From assembly GCA_035603345.1 (NCBI GenBank), contig DATNKO010000057.1, positions 7-64,006 on the forward strand: 64,000 nucleotides of DNA, read 5' to 3'. Below are positions 34,467-43,907 of the stretch, piece after piece. The DNA is from Steroidobacteraceae bacterium. Its GTDB lineage: Bacteria > Pseudomonadota > Gammaproteobacteria > Steroidobacterales > Steroidobacteraceae. Under the pieces are notes generated by a model that did not search any database, was not told the DNA's origin, and saw only the letters and a list, made by a program, of their open reading frames with translations. How positions within the stretch are numbered: position 1 is the stretch's first letter; each line of letters begins with the position of its first letter. The translations under genes and the position numbers were made by a program.

Positions 34467-34490
34467 ATTACTGCCGGTAAGATTACTGCC
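34467..34490. promoter_or_regulatory. direct repeat ATTACTGCC x2 upstream of marR (candidate operator)
   Basis: ATTACTGCC occurs at 34467-34475 and 34482-34490, on 15-nt centres. This is 33-56 nt upstream of ATG 34434. Confidence 0.3.
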
Positions 34491-34532
34491 TCGGCAGCGA
34501 TTTGTCCAGTGGCACGCGCGGGACAGTGAGCC

Positions 34533-35663
34533 TCAATGAGCCGGCGGCGCGGACGTCGGGGCGGTGAACACGTCGGAGCCGAACGCCCGCAGTCCGGGTT
34601 GCGCCGCGTACCCGAGCGGCGCTAGCGCAAAGATCGCTTCCACGGTCTTCAGCAGCGAGTAGTGGTTGTACGGCACCGTCGACGCGCTGCCCGGTCTCGC
34701 GAACGGCGACAGCACCAGCGCGCCGATCCTTCCGCCTCCGGGCCCGCTGATACCCGGCGCATAACGTGCGCCGGGGAGCCCGCGCTCGCCGCAGCAGCTG
34801 CTCGAGCCGTCGTGCCCGCCGCCCGCGGCCTCGTCGAAAGTGATGATGAGCAGGCCGTCGGCGCGAAACGCCGGCGCATGCACGATGCGCGGCACCCACT
34901 CGGCCAGGAAGGCGTCGATGGTTACGAGTCCGCCCGGCCGGCCGTCGACGCACGGCGTGTCGTGACCGTCGTTGCAGAGGTTCGGGACGATGAAGCCGTA
35001 GTTTGGCGTGGTGGCGATGCTGTGCAGATCCTCCGTGAGGTGCGCCAGGCTCACCACGTGAGCCGCGCAGCGTGCCGGGTCGTCGATGATGGAATGGAAA
35101 TAGACGAACGGATCGTGCTTGGCGGCGTACCCATCGCCCAGCTCCGCGCTACGCGTCGCCTCGGGCCGGCCGAGCGGCGCGTGCGCACAGGTGCTCGCCT
35201 CGCGCCGCGGATCATTGCCCATGTCCTCCATGTAGCCCTTCCACGTGAGCCCTGCAGCCTCCAGCTGATCGCTCAGGGTGCGCACGGTCGGCGGATAGAC
35301 GCAGCCTGAGCCGAGCGCCTGTCCGGAAGCGTCGAGCCCCGCAGCGCTCAGCCTGAAGTCGCTGAACACCGGGCAATCGAGCTGCGTCGCCTCGTTGGGC
35401 GCCTGGCCGCTGATGAGGGCCATGTAGTTGGGAAGGCTGGCGTGGCCGATCGCGTAGTAGTTCGGCAGCAGCACCGCCTGCTGCGGCAGCACGCGCGCGA
35501 GATAAGGCGCCGGCGAGCGCGCGCCGAAGCTCGCCCCGTAGGGCTCGTTCTCCAGCACGATGAGCAGCACGTGGCGGATCGGCGGCAGCGCCGCAACCGC
35601 TGCGGCTGCCTGGGCGGCGAAGGCCACCGACGCTAAAGCCAACAGCGCGGTCAGTCGTCGCAA
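34533..35663 (-). CDS. secreted phosphoesterase-family protein (AcpA / phospholipase C family)
   Basis: Has a signal peptide and LLIVLENEPYG...SLPNYMALISGQ, typical of the phosphoesterase family. Confidence 0.75.
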   Translation of the reverse strand: MRRLTALLALASVAFAAQAAAAVAALPPIRHVLLIVLENEPYGASFGARSPAPYLARVLPQQAVLLPNYYAIGHASLPNYMALISGQAPNEATQLDCPVFSDFRLSAAGLDASGQALGSGCVYPPTVRTLSDQLEAAGLTWKGYMEDMGNDPRREASTCAHAPLGRPEATRSAELGDGYAAKHDPFVYFHSIIDDPARCAAHVVSLAHLTEDLHSIATTPNYGFIVPNLCNDGHDTPCVDGRPGGLVTIDAFLAEWVPRIVHAPAFRADGLLIITFDEAAGGGHDGSSSCCGERGLPGARYAPGISGPGGGRIGALVLSPFARPGSASTVPYNHYSLLKTVEAIFALAPLGYAAQPGLRAFGSDVFTAPTSAPPAH

Positions 35664-35666
35664 TAT

Positions 35667-36929
35667 TCAGTCCCCGGGAGTGATTTGCGGGAGCTGTGCC
35701 GCGGCGAGCCGCGGCGCGAGCCGCACCGCCCGCGCGAACAGCGCCGCACAGCCGATGGTCAGCAGCGCCGCCGTGAGGAAGGCGGCGCCAGGGAAATACA
35801 CTCGGGCACCGGCGTGCGAGAACGCGCCGAAGACCTGCGTCATGAGCGGCGGTCCGACGATGGCGCTCAGGCTGTAGAGGCTCGCGACCGCCCCCTGCAG
35901 CTCGCCCTGGGCGTTGGCGGGAATCTGCCGCGAGGCGATCGCGTTCATCGACGGGTAGGTGAGCGCAAACAGCAGCGTACTCAGCGACACCAGGTACATC
36001 ACCCAACCGGCGGCGGCGAAAGCATAGCCAACGTAAGCGACGAGCGCCGCGGCCATGCCGGCGGCCGCCGCGCGGCGCTCGCCGCCGAGCCACGGGATCA
36101 GCACCCGCGTCAGCACCCCCTGCGCAAACGCCATGACGACGCCGACGAAAGCGAGCGAGTAGCCCACCTGGGCGCTGCTCCAGTGGAACTTGAAGATCGT
36201 GTAGAAGGCCCACGTGCTGGGGAGCACCTGGTGAGCGATCTGCCACAGAAGCAGCGCCGCCAGCAGCCAGGTAACGGACGGGTACTTGAGAATCTGCAGC
36301 ACAGTCCCGAGCGGGTTGGCACGTGCCCATTGAAACGGACGGCGCGATGCCTGCGGCAGCGACTCCGGCAACACGATGAAGCCGAACGCGGTGTTGGCGA
36401 GCGCAATCGCGCCGGCGGTGAAGAACGGCGCCCGGGGACCGAAGCCGCCGAGCAGTCCGCCGATCGCGGGCCCGAGTATGAAGCCGATGCCGAACGCCGC
36501 TCCCATGAGACCGAAATGCTGGGCGCGCTTCTCCGGCGCGCTGATGTCGGCCACGTAGGCATAGGCGGGCGTGAACGACGCTCCCGCGACGCCGGCGATC
36601 ATGCGGCCCGCGAACAGCCAGCTGATCACCGGCGCCGAGCCCATGATCAGGTAGTCGCACCCCAGCGCCCCCAGCGCAAACAGCAGTACCGGGCGGCGCC
36701 CGAAGCGGTCGCTCAGGTTTCCGAGCACTGGCGCGCAGAAGAACTGCATCAGCGCGTAGACGAACGACAGCCAGCCGCCGTAGGCCGCCGCGCGGTCCAC
36801 GGTGACCCCGGTCAGTTGCATGATGAGGCGCGGCAGGACCGGCAGGATGATGCCGAAGCCGATCGAGTCGATCAGCACCGTGATGAATATGAAGGCGAAC
36901 GCGGCCCTGCCGCTGCGAGCTTTGCTCAT
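35667..36929 (-). CDS. MFS transporter, TCR/Tet (12-TMS) family
   Basis: Has FIFITVLIDSIGFGIILPVLP and GNLSDRFGRRP motifs. Confidence 0.85.
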   Translation of the reverse strand: MSKARSGRAAFAFIFITVLIDSIGFGIILPVLPRLIMQLTGVTVDRAAAYGGWLSFVYALMQFFCAPVLGNLSDRFGRRPVLLFALGALGCDYLIMGSAPVISWLFAGRMIAGVAGASFTPAYAYVADISAPEKRAQHFGLMGAAFGIGFILGPAIGGLLGGFGPRAPFFTAGAIALANTAFGFIVLPESLPQASRRPFQWARANPLGTVLQILKYPSVTWLLAALLLWQIAHQVLPSTWAFYTIFKFHWSSAQVGYSLAFVGVVMAFAQGVLTRVLIPWLGGERRAAAAGMAAALVAYVGYAFAAAGWVMYLVSLSTLLFALTYPSMNAIASRQIPANAQGELQGAVASLYSLSAIVGPPLMTQVFGAFSHAGARVYFPGAAFLTAALLTIGCAALFARAVRLAPRLAAAQLPQITPGD

Positions 36930-36934
36930 GGGGC

Positions 36935-38275
36935 TCAGACGAACGACACGCCGGCACGCTGCAGCCGCGCCCGCAGCCAGTACACCGGCAGACCCGCGAA
37001 GATGATCGTGAAAGTCACGCCGGTGTTCACCGGGTCAGTGAGCAGCGCATTGACGACCATGCCGACGGAGGCGATGAGGAACACCGCCGGCACCAGCGGA
37101 TAGCCCCATACCCGGTACGGCCGCGGCAGCTCCGGCCGCCGGCGCCGCAGCACGAACACCGCGGCCACGGTCAACGCGTAGAACGGCCAGATCCCCAGGA
37201 TGAATTTCGCGGCGAGCCCGGCGAAGTCGTTCTCGAGCACATAGACGACTCCGAGCGCGGTGCACAGCCAGATCGCGGCCGACGGGGTCTTGAAGCGCGG
37301 CGACACCCGTGACAGGCCGCGCAGCAGCACGCCGCGGTCGCCCATCGCGAAGAAGATGCGCGCGCCCACCATCAGGGACGCATTGAGCCCGCTGAAGGTC
37401 GAGACCAGCACCAGGCTCGCGATCAGCGCGGCGCCGAACCCGGCGAGCAGCGGAATGCGCCCGGCAACCGTCGCCGCGATCAGCTTCGAGCCGGACAGCT
37501 CCGGCAGCGACAGCGCGTACATGAACCCCAGGTTCAGCACCAGGTAGACCGCGGTGACGCAGGCGCAGCCGAGGATCAGCGCCAGCGGCAGCGTGCGCTG
37601 CGGGTCGCTCACCTCACCGCCGATCGCGGCCAGATCCGCCCAGCCGTCGTAAGTCCACATGACCGGGATGAGCGCCGTCGCAAGCAGCGACAGCGAAACC
37701 GGCGCGCTCCACACGGGCGAAAGGTGCGCGACCGTGCCACCGGTAGCGCTGTAGGCGAGCAGCGCGAGCGCGGTCACCGCGACGTACTTGGCATAGGTGG
37801 TGGCACTCAGCACCGCAGCCGCGCGGCGCACGCCGAGGTAATTCATGATGCCGACGATTCCGATGAGCACTGCTGCCGCCACGCGTACGCGCTGCGCGGA
37901 CAGCGGCACGAAGTGCCCGAGGTACTCGGCGAATACGGTCGCAATCGCCCCGAGCGCCGCGGCGCGCACTACCACGAGCTCCGCCCAGCCGAACAGGAAC
38001 GCCGGCAGCGGGCCAAACCCTTCGAGCAGGTAGGCGAACATGCCCCCGGATCGCGGCAGCGCGGCGGCAAGCTCGGCGACCGTGAGCGCGCCGCACAGCG
38101 CGATCACCCCGCCCAACACCCAACACAGCATGATGGCGCCCGGGGCGGGCAGCAGGCCGGCAACCGTCGCCGGCACGCGGAAGATGCCGCTGCCGATGGT
38201 GATGCCGATCGACACCGCGACGGCGTGGGCGAGCCCCAGCGAACGCGGCATGCGCTCGCCCCAGGCGTCGGCCAT
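36935..38275 (-). CDS. APC-family amino acid permease
   Basis: 446 aa, polytopic, with an AVSIGITIGSGIFRVP signature. Confidence 0.85.
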   Translation of the reverse strand: MADAWGERMPRSLGLAHAVAVSIGITIGSGIFRVPATVAGLLPAPGAIMLCWVLGGVIALCGALTVAELAAALPRSGGMFAYLLEGFGPLPAFLFGWAELVVVRAAALGAIATVFAEYLGHFVPLSAQRVRVAAAVLIGIVGIMNYLGVRRAAAVLSATTYAKYVAVTALALLAYSATGGTVAHLSPVWSAPVSLSLLATALIPVMWTYDGWADLAAIGGEVSDPQRTLPLALILGCACVTAVYLVLNLGFMYALSLPELSGSKLIAATVAGRIPLLAGFGAALIASLVLVSTFSGLNASLMVGARIFFAMGDRGVLLRGLSRVSPRFKTPSAAIWLCTALGVVYVLENDFAGLAAKFILGIWPFYALTVAAVFVLRRRRPELPRPYRVWGYPLVPAVFLIASVGMVVNALLTDPVNTGVTFTIIFAGLPVYWLRARLQRAGVSFV

Positions 38276-38388
38276 CAGCGGTTGCCCTCGTGCATGCGCC
38301 CACGTTTACCATGGCGCACCATGCAACGTCGACCGTGGCTCGCCCGAAGCGACGGCGGCCGCGGGCAGGTAACAGCTGCGCGCCGCGC

Positions 38389-40305
38389 TCAGCCGATGAG
38401 TGCCCTCAGGCGCTGGGTGCGCGAAGCATCGCCGATCTCGTTCACCCGGCGCAGCAGCTCGTGCGCAGCATCGGCCTGCAGCGGTCGGCTGAGGAGAAAC
38501 CCCTGCGCGTCCTGGCACTGCTGCTCCTGGAGGAACGTGAGCTGCGGGAAGTTCTCGACGCCCTCGGCAGTGACGCTGATGCGCATCGAGCGCGACATGG
38601 CAATGATCGCGGCGGCGATCGCCCGATCGTCGTTCCCTTCGGCGATGCTGGTGACGAAGGAGCGGTCGATCTTGAGGCGATCAACCGCGAAATGGCGCAG
38701 GCGGCCGAAGCTCGAATAACCGGTGCCGAAGTCATCGATCGCGAGCGAGATGCCGAGCTGCTTGAGCTGGTTGATGGCCTTCTCCGCCCATGCCTCGTCC
38801 GCCATAACCACCGACTCGGTGATCTCGAGCTCGAGCATCGAGGGGTTGAGTCCGGTCTCCTTGAGGATCGCGGCCACCTCGCGCGGGAACTCGGCGCGGG
38901 CGAACTGCCGCCCGGAGACGTTGACCGCCATCCGGCCCACCGGCAGGCCTTCCGTGTGCCAGGCCACCGCCTGCCGGCAGGCATTGCGCAGCGCCCAGGT
39001 GCCGATCCCGAGGATGAGGCCGGTCTCCTCGGCGACCGGAATGAATTCGGCGGGACTCACAGCTCCCAGGTCCGGGTTGGTCCAGCGCAGCAGCGCCTCG
39101 AGACCCGAGATGGAGCCGGTGCGCACGTCGAACTGCGGCTGGTACTGCAGGTAGAACTCGTTGCGTTCGAGCGCCCCGCGCAGACGGTCCTCGATGGTGA
39201 ACCGCTGCAGGGCGCGCGCGTTCATCGACACGTCGAAGAACGCGCAGCTGCCGGGGGTCTTGCGCTTGGCAAAGTACATGGCGAGGTCGGCGTTGCGCAG
39301 CAGCGTCTCGGCATCGCTGCCGTCCTGCGGATAGACCGCGATGCCGACGCTCGGGGTGATGACCAGGGTGTTCTGCGCGAGCTGCACCGGCTCGCGCAGC
39401 GCGTCGATCAGCCGCTCCGCGACGACGCCCGCATCCGCGGAGCTGCGCAGGTTCGGCAGCAGCACCATGAATTCGTCCCCGCCGAGACGCGCGATGTCCC
39501 CGGGACGTGCGCTGGAGCTGGAGTCCTTGATACCGAAGTCGCTGTAGCGCAGCGATGCTCGCAGCCGATTCGCGACCACGCACAGGAGCTCGTCGCCCGC
39601 CGCATGGCCGAGGGTGTCGTTCACCCGCTTGAAGTTGTCGAGGTCGAGATACAGGACCGCGAGCGTGCGCGCGAGCTCGCGCGCAGTCTGCAGCGCGCCC
39701 TTGAGGCGGGTGTGGGACTGCTCGCGATTGGGGAGCCCGGTGAGGGTGTCGAAGTACGCCAGCCGCACGATGCGCCGCTCGGCACGCCACTTGCTCGCGA
39801 GCGCAATGGTCATCTGCCGCACTTCGTGCGGGTGAAACGGCTTCTGCAGATAGGACAGCTTGTCCTCGGGCGGCACGATGCCGCCCATCTCGCAGGGGTC
39901 GGTGTCGGAATAGGCCGTGCAGATCACGATCTCGACCGCCGGATCGAGCTCGCGGATGCGGGTCGCCGCCCATACCCCGTCCGCACCCGGCGGCATGCGC
40001 ATGTCGAGGAAGATCACGGCAAACGGGCGCTCCTGCGCCAGCGCTTCCTTCACGGCCGCCACGGCCGCGTCCGCCTGATCGCAGAATACCGGCTCGAAGC
40101 CGACGCTGTGGCTGCGCGGCCGGGGGCCGGCGCCCTGCTTGTTGAACAGCCGGCTGCGCAGCGCGTGGAAGCCGGCCATCTCGCGGCTGACCTCGCTCTC
40201 GAGCAGGATCTGGCGGTAGGCATCGCGCACCTCGGCCTCATCGTCGACCACGAGTACGCGAATGGCTGATTGGTTCAGTGTCGCTGATTGATTCGGTTCG
40301 GTCAT
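38389..40305 (-). CDS. response regulator: REC-GGDEF-EAL
   Basis: Starts at ATG 40305. REC has VLVVDDE...FLDMRMPPG, with intact GGDEF (RLGGDEFMVLL) and EAL (LEALLRW). Confidence 0.9.
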   Translation of the reverse strand: MTEPNQSATLNQSAIRVLVVDDEAEVRDAYRQILLESEVSREMAGFHALRSRLFNKQGAGPRPRSHSVGFEPVFCDQADAAVAAVKEALAQERPFAVIFLDMRMPPGADGVWAATRIRELDPAVEIVICTAYSDTDPCEMGGIVPPEDKLSYLQKPFHPHEVRQMTIALASKWRAERRIVRLAYFDTLTGLPNREQSHTRLKGALQTARELARTLAVLYLDLDNFKRVNDTLGHAAGDELLCVVANRLRASLRYSDFGIKDSSSSARPGDIARLGGDEFMVLLPNLRSSADAGVVAERLIDALREPVQLAQNTLVITPSVGIAVYPQDGSDAETLLRNADLAMYFAKRKTPGSCAFFDVSMNARALQRFTIEDRLRGALERNEFYLQYQPQFDVRTGSISGLEALLRWTNPDLGAVSPAEFIPVAEETGLILGIGTWALRNACRQAVAWHTEGLPVGRMAVNVSGRQFARAEFPREVAAILKETGLNPSMLELEITESVVMADEAWAEKAINQLKQLGISLAIDDFGTGYSSFGRLRHFAVDRLKIDRSFVTSIAEGNDDRAIAAAIIAMSRSMRISVTAEGVENFPQLTFLQEQQCQDAQGFLLSRPLQADAAHELLRRVNEIGDASRTQRLRALIG

Positions 40306-40316
40306 GGGAGCCTCGT

Positions 40317-42176
40317 TCAAGCAGTTCCGGCGAGCGGCGCGCGGTCGGGCGCGGCCAACGGCACCAACAGATGCATCGAGGCGCCGCGCCCCGGGCCGTC
40401 GCTCGCGGCCCAGATGCGCCCGCCCAGCGCATTGATCGCATTCGCGCACCAGTGCAGTCCAATGCCCTGGTTGGTCTCGCGGGGCTTGGTCGAGAATCCC
40501 TTCTCGAACACGCGCTCGAGGTTGTCCGCGGGGATGCCGACCCCGTCGTCGTCGCAGCGCAGATGCAGCTGCGGCCGGTCGGCGTCGCGCACGATCTCGG
40601 CACCGACCCGCAGCACCCCGCGAGCCTTACCCGCATCGCGCACCGCATCGGCGGCGTTGATGATCAGGTTCTGCAGGATCAGCCGCAGCACCGTGCGGGC
40701 CACGTGCACCGCGCCGAGGGTGCGCAGGCTCTCGTCCGTGGAGATGACCAGGCGCCGCCGGCAGGCGTCCGGCACGATCTCGAGCGTCTGCGCCACCAGC
40801 TCGGTGAGCCGCACCGGCTCGATCACCGGGTCGTTGCGCGTCGCACGCATCTGCTCGGCGAGCGTCCCCTGGATCATGCTCGTCTGGCGGCTGATGAGCG
40901 CAATGTCCTCGCGCGCCGCCTTGACGGTGTGCGCCAGCTCCTCGCACCCGAGCCGCGCGAACTCCTCGAGGTCGGCGCGCCGCCCGGCATCGGCCGTCGC
41001 CTGCCGCAGTTCCGCCACCGCCTGCGCCGCGTCCTCGGCCGGCGCTTGGCGCAGCCGCTCACTGAGGTTCGCGAGCCGCACGCCCACCGGCGTCAGCGCG
41101 TTGCCGAGGTTGTGCAGCACTCCCTTGGCAAGCTCGGCGAAGCCCGCCTGAAACGACTGATCGACCAGCCGGCTGCGCGACTCCGCCACGCGCGCCACCA
41201 TGCGGTCGAACTCCCGCGCCAACACGCCGATCTCATCGTTGCTCCTGAGGTCGAGGCGCGTGGTCAGATCCTTGCCCTCGCCGAGCGTGATGGCGTGGCG
41301 AGTCACGCTGGCGAGCGGAGTCAGGATGATGCGGTTCAACACCACCACCACCAGCGCCAGCACGATCACCGCGGCCAGCACCAGGTAGGCGGAGGCGTAA
41401 AGCACCGCGGTGCGGCCGCGGGCAGTGACGTCACGCGGCATGTCGATACGCAGTGTCATCACGGGGCGTGCGTAGATGTCGCTGAAGGTGCGGTAGACGC
41501 GCGTGACGGTGGAGCTCTCCGTGATGCTCTCGGGGGCCGCATCGGGCGCCGGCGGCAGCATGACGAGCGCGGACTGCGCCTGGGCTCCCAGGCTCTCGAT
41601 CTGCGGCGACGACACCAGCCGGCCGAGAATCACCATGCCGCGCGCCGGGCCGTGACCGGAGCCATCGAGCACCGGCGCGGCGGCAAGCATCAGAACGCCG
41701 TGGTTGGTGCGCAGCAGACCGGACGCGGGCTGGCCGCGGCTCAGGTTCGCGCGCCAGGGAAAGTTCGCCGGCAGGGCCCTGGCAGCGGCGAGGTCCAGGC
41801 CGAGCGGCTGGTCGGTGTCGGGGTCGAGCTCTCGCGATACCACGACCCGGCCGTCGGCATCGACGATCAGGAGCGCGTTGACGTTGAGCTGCCGCAGGCC
41901 GATGGGCGTGATATTCGCCTGACTGTAGGCCTCGTTGTGGTCAACGACGAACTGGTAGGTATCGGCCCAGTTGCCCCAGTCGGTGGCCGAGACCTGAAGC
42001 CGCTGCAGCGTCATGTCGAGCGCGTAGCTGACGCGGCGCATCGCGGTATCGGCATCCACGCGCTCGAGCGCGGCGAAGCTCGGCATGACGACCAGCTTGC
42101 CGACGAGAACGGCTGCCAGGCCCAGTATCAGGAACAGGCCGGCGATCAGCGCGATGACTTTGGAGCGGATACTCAC
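40317..42176 (-). CDS. sensor histidine kinase with CHASE4-like periplasmic domain and HAMP
   Basis: Has an N-terminal TM helix, a CHASE4-like WGNWADTYQFV block, a second TM helix, HAMP, an H-box VLHNLGNAL and a HATPase domain. Its stop is 11 nt upstream of the response regulator start. Confidence 0.85.
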   Translation of the reverse strand: MSIRSKVIALIAGLFLILGLAAVLVGKLVVMPSFAALERVDADTAMRRVSYALDMTLQRLQVSATDWGNWADTYQFVVDHNEAYSQANITPIGLRQLNVNALLIVDADGRVVVSRELDPDTDQPLGLDLAAARALPANFPWRANLSRGQPASGLLRTNHGVLMLAAAPVLDGSGHGPARGMVILGRLVSSPQIESLGAQAQSALVMLPPAPDAAPESITESSTVTRVYRTFSDIYARPVMTLRIDMPRDVTARGRTAVLYASAYLVLAAVIVLALVVVVLNRIILTPLASVTRHAITLGEGKDLTTRLDLRSNDEIGVLAREFDRMVARVAESRSRLVDQSFQAGFAELAKGVLHNLGNALTPVGVRLANLSERLRQAPAEDAAQAVAELRQATADAGRRADLEEFARLGCEELAHTVKAAREDIALISRQTSMIQGTLAEQMRATRNDPVIEPVRLTELVAQTLEIVPDACRRRLVISTDESLRTLGAVHVARTVLRLILQNLIINAADAVRDAGKARGVLRVGAEIVRDADRPQLHLRCDDDGVGIPADNLERVFEKGFSTKPRETNQGIGLHWCANAINALGGRIWAASDGPGRGASMHLLVPLAAPDRAPLAGTA

Positions 42177-42298
42177 AGGCCACAGTTAAATCCAAACTCC
42201 TTATCTCTTTGTGTGCTGGCATCTCAAATCCGCCCGCCGCGCCCCGGCCGGCAGCAGCCGCCAGTGACGGACGTCACAGAAAACCGCCGCCCCCCGCT

Positions 42299-42889
42299 AT
42301 GATTGGCGCCATGCAGGACCGAACGATGCCGGGAGCCGAACGCGCCGTCGCTGCGCGCTACGGCTCCGGCGCAATGGCATTCCACTGGGTGATGGTGGTT
42401 CTCGTCGTTGTCGTCGGCGTGTTGGGCCTGCTGCACGACTCCTGGCCGAGGACCACCCAGGCCTCCTGGATCAACGTCCACGCGCTCATCGGACTGGCCG
42501 TCTGGGTGCTGGTGATGATGCGTATCGGGTGGCGGCTCAGGCACCCCCCGCCCGCCCTGCCGGCAGAGGCCGGCGATTTCTCACGCCGCTGGTCCTACCC
42601 CGTGCACTGGCTGCTGTACGCGCTGATGCTGGTCATACCCGTGCTCGGCATCGTGACCTTCCTGTGGCACGGCCGCGTGTTCGACTTCGGGCTGTTCAGG
42701 GTGGACTTCGGCGTGCACAAGAACCGCGCCATTTTTGAGCCGACCGAAGACATCCACGGCTATCTCGCATACGCGCTGTTCACCCTGGTCGGCCTGCATA
42801 TGCTCGCCGCCCTCTGGCACCACTTCGTGCGGCGCGACGGGGTGCTGCAGCGGATGTGGCCCGCAGGGCGCGCTCAGCGACGCTCGTGA
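42299..42889 (+). CDS. cytochrome b561-family protein
   Basis: Has four TM helices with conserved His residues (AFHWVMV..., NVHALIG, HGYLAY, LAALWHHF). Start chosen at ATG 42299. Confidence 0.75.
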   Translation: MIGAMQDRTMPGAERAVAARYGSGAMAFHWVMVVLVVVVGVLGLLHDSWPRTTQASWINVHALIGLAVWVLVMMRIGWRLRHPPPALPAEAGDFSRRWSYPVHWLLYALMLVIPVLGIVTFLWHGRVFDFGLFRVDFGVHKNRAIFEPTEDIHGYLAYALFTLVGLHMLAALWHHFVRRDGVLQRMWPAGRAQRRS

Positions 42890-42896
42890 GGCAAGA

Positions 42897-43688
42897 TCAG
42901 GAGTGACGTCCCTGCGCGACCGTGGAGCGCAGATCCAGCTCGGTCGGATCGACGACGCTCTTGATATCCCTGCACTGGGTCAGCGTCGCACCCTTGTAGC
43001 CGTCGACGGGAAAGTACTTGACCTGCCAGGCGGCGAACCCCCAGACGTCCAGGTCCGCCTGCAGATATTTCTCTGCGTGGTCGGCGGCTTCGCAGTCGTA
43101 CTGCGACCGGCCCGCGTGCTGCTTGGTGTCGGCCAGCAGTTCGGCGCGCGCCCGTGCCTCGGAGCGCCGCACGAGCTTTTCCGTGAGGCTTGCGGCGTCA
43201 CCGGCATGGTGCGCGGGATGCTCGACCTTGAAAGCCGGATCGGAGTACGGGTCAGCGGTCTCTACGGCAGCGCCAGCGGAAGCGGCAGCGGAAGCGACAC
43301 GAACCGCCTGGCGAGACGCCGGCTGCGCTGCGACCTCTTCCTCTGACCTCTGAGGGCTCGAAGCGGGCGCCGGCGCCGGGGAATCCGCCACGCTCGCCGC
43401 CACGGCACTGCTGGCAGACTTGGCCGCGTAATAGTCTCCTATCGCCCACGCGCCGAGTGCGAGCAGCGCGGCACTCGCCCCGATCACCGCTCCGTATTTG
43501 ATCAAACCAGCGGCGACCGCCGGGCCCGGCGCGGACGCCAGCACGCGCAGTCGCATCTGCACCGCATCGCGCCGCAGCCACGCCATGGAATACTTCGTGC
43601 CGAAGAGCACGAGGTGAGCCACGATGTAGCCGATAGCGGCGCCAATGACGAGTTGACTCATGCTCATGACCGATACCATGTCGCGCAT
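42897..43688 (-). CDS. membrane protein of unknown function
   Basis: 263 aa with two N-terminal TM helices, an Ala/Ser/Pro linker and a C-terminal ~110-aa domain containing 2 Cys. The start may be ATG 43667 (MSMSQLVIG), the part shared with the 62.4-kb copy. Confidence 0.55.
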   Translation of the reverse strand: MRDMVSVMSMSQLVIGAAIGYIVAHLVLFGTKYSMAWLRRDAVQMRLRVLASAPGPAVAAGLIKYGAVIGASAALLALGAWAIGDYYAAKSASSAVAASVADSPAPAPASSPQRSEEEVAAQPASRQAVRVASAAASAGAAVETADPYSDPAFKVEHPAHHAGDAASLTEKLVRRSEARARAELLADTKQHAGRSQYDCEAADHAEKYLQADLDVWGFAAWQVKYFPVDGYKGATLTQCRDIKSVVDPTELDLRSTVAQGRHS

Positions 43689-43814
43689 ATCCCCTGACTG
43701 GGAGCATTGTCCGGGTCGGCTCAGGCACCGACCGTGAGCCCGTTCACGCCGGCCGTGCGCCTAGCGTGCATGCCGCACGCTATCGGGCGGCGCGGTTCAC
43801 ATTATTTGGTTGCC
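43639..43814 (-). repeat. copy A of a ~175-nt leader + start-codon module
   Basis: Hand alignment to 62382..62551 gives roughly four-fifths identity with one 5-nt indel block. It covers the first ~10 codons plus ~145 nt upstream. Confidence 0.7.
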
Positions 43815-43907
43815 GTCGAAAATGTCAGAAAACGCCCAGGCCACGCCGGGGCAGAACCCGGATCCCTTCGATTCGGGTCGGTGAGCTAGGCTCGAGGCTG
43901 CGCGCCC

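Noticed and set aside
38290-42302. 659-aa and 674-aa plus-strand ORFs
   Set aside because: They are antisense to the REC-GGDEF-EAL and CHASE4 kinase genes and have the same artefact signature.
43690-43814. Assignment of the conserved leader to a known riboswitch class (c-di-GMP, guanidine, Mn, fluoride, preQ1)
   Set aside because: None of the class-defining conserved nucleotides I remember are present. This cannot be settled without a covariance-model search.
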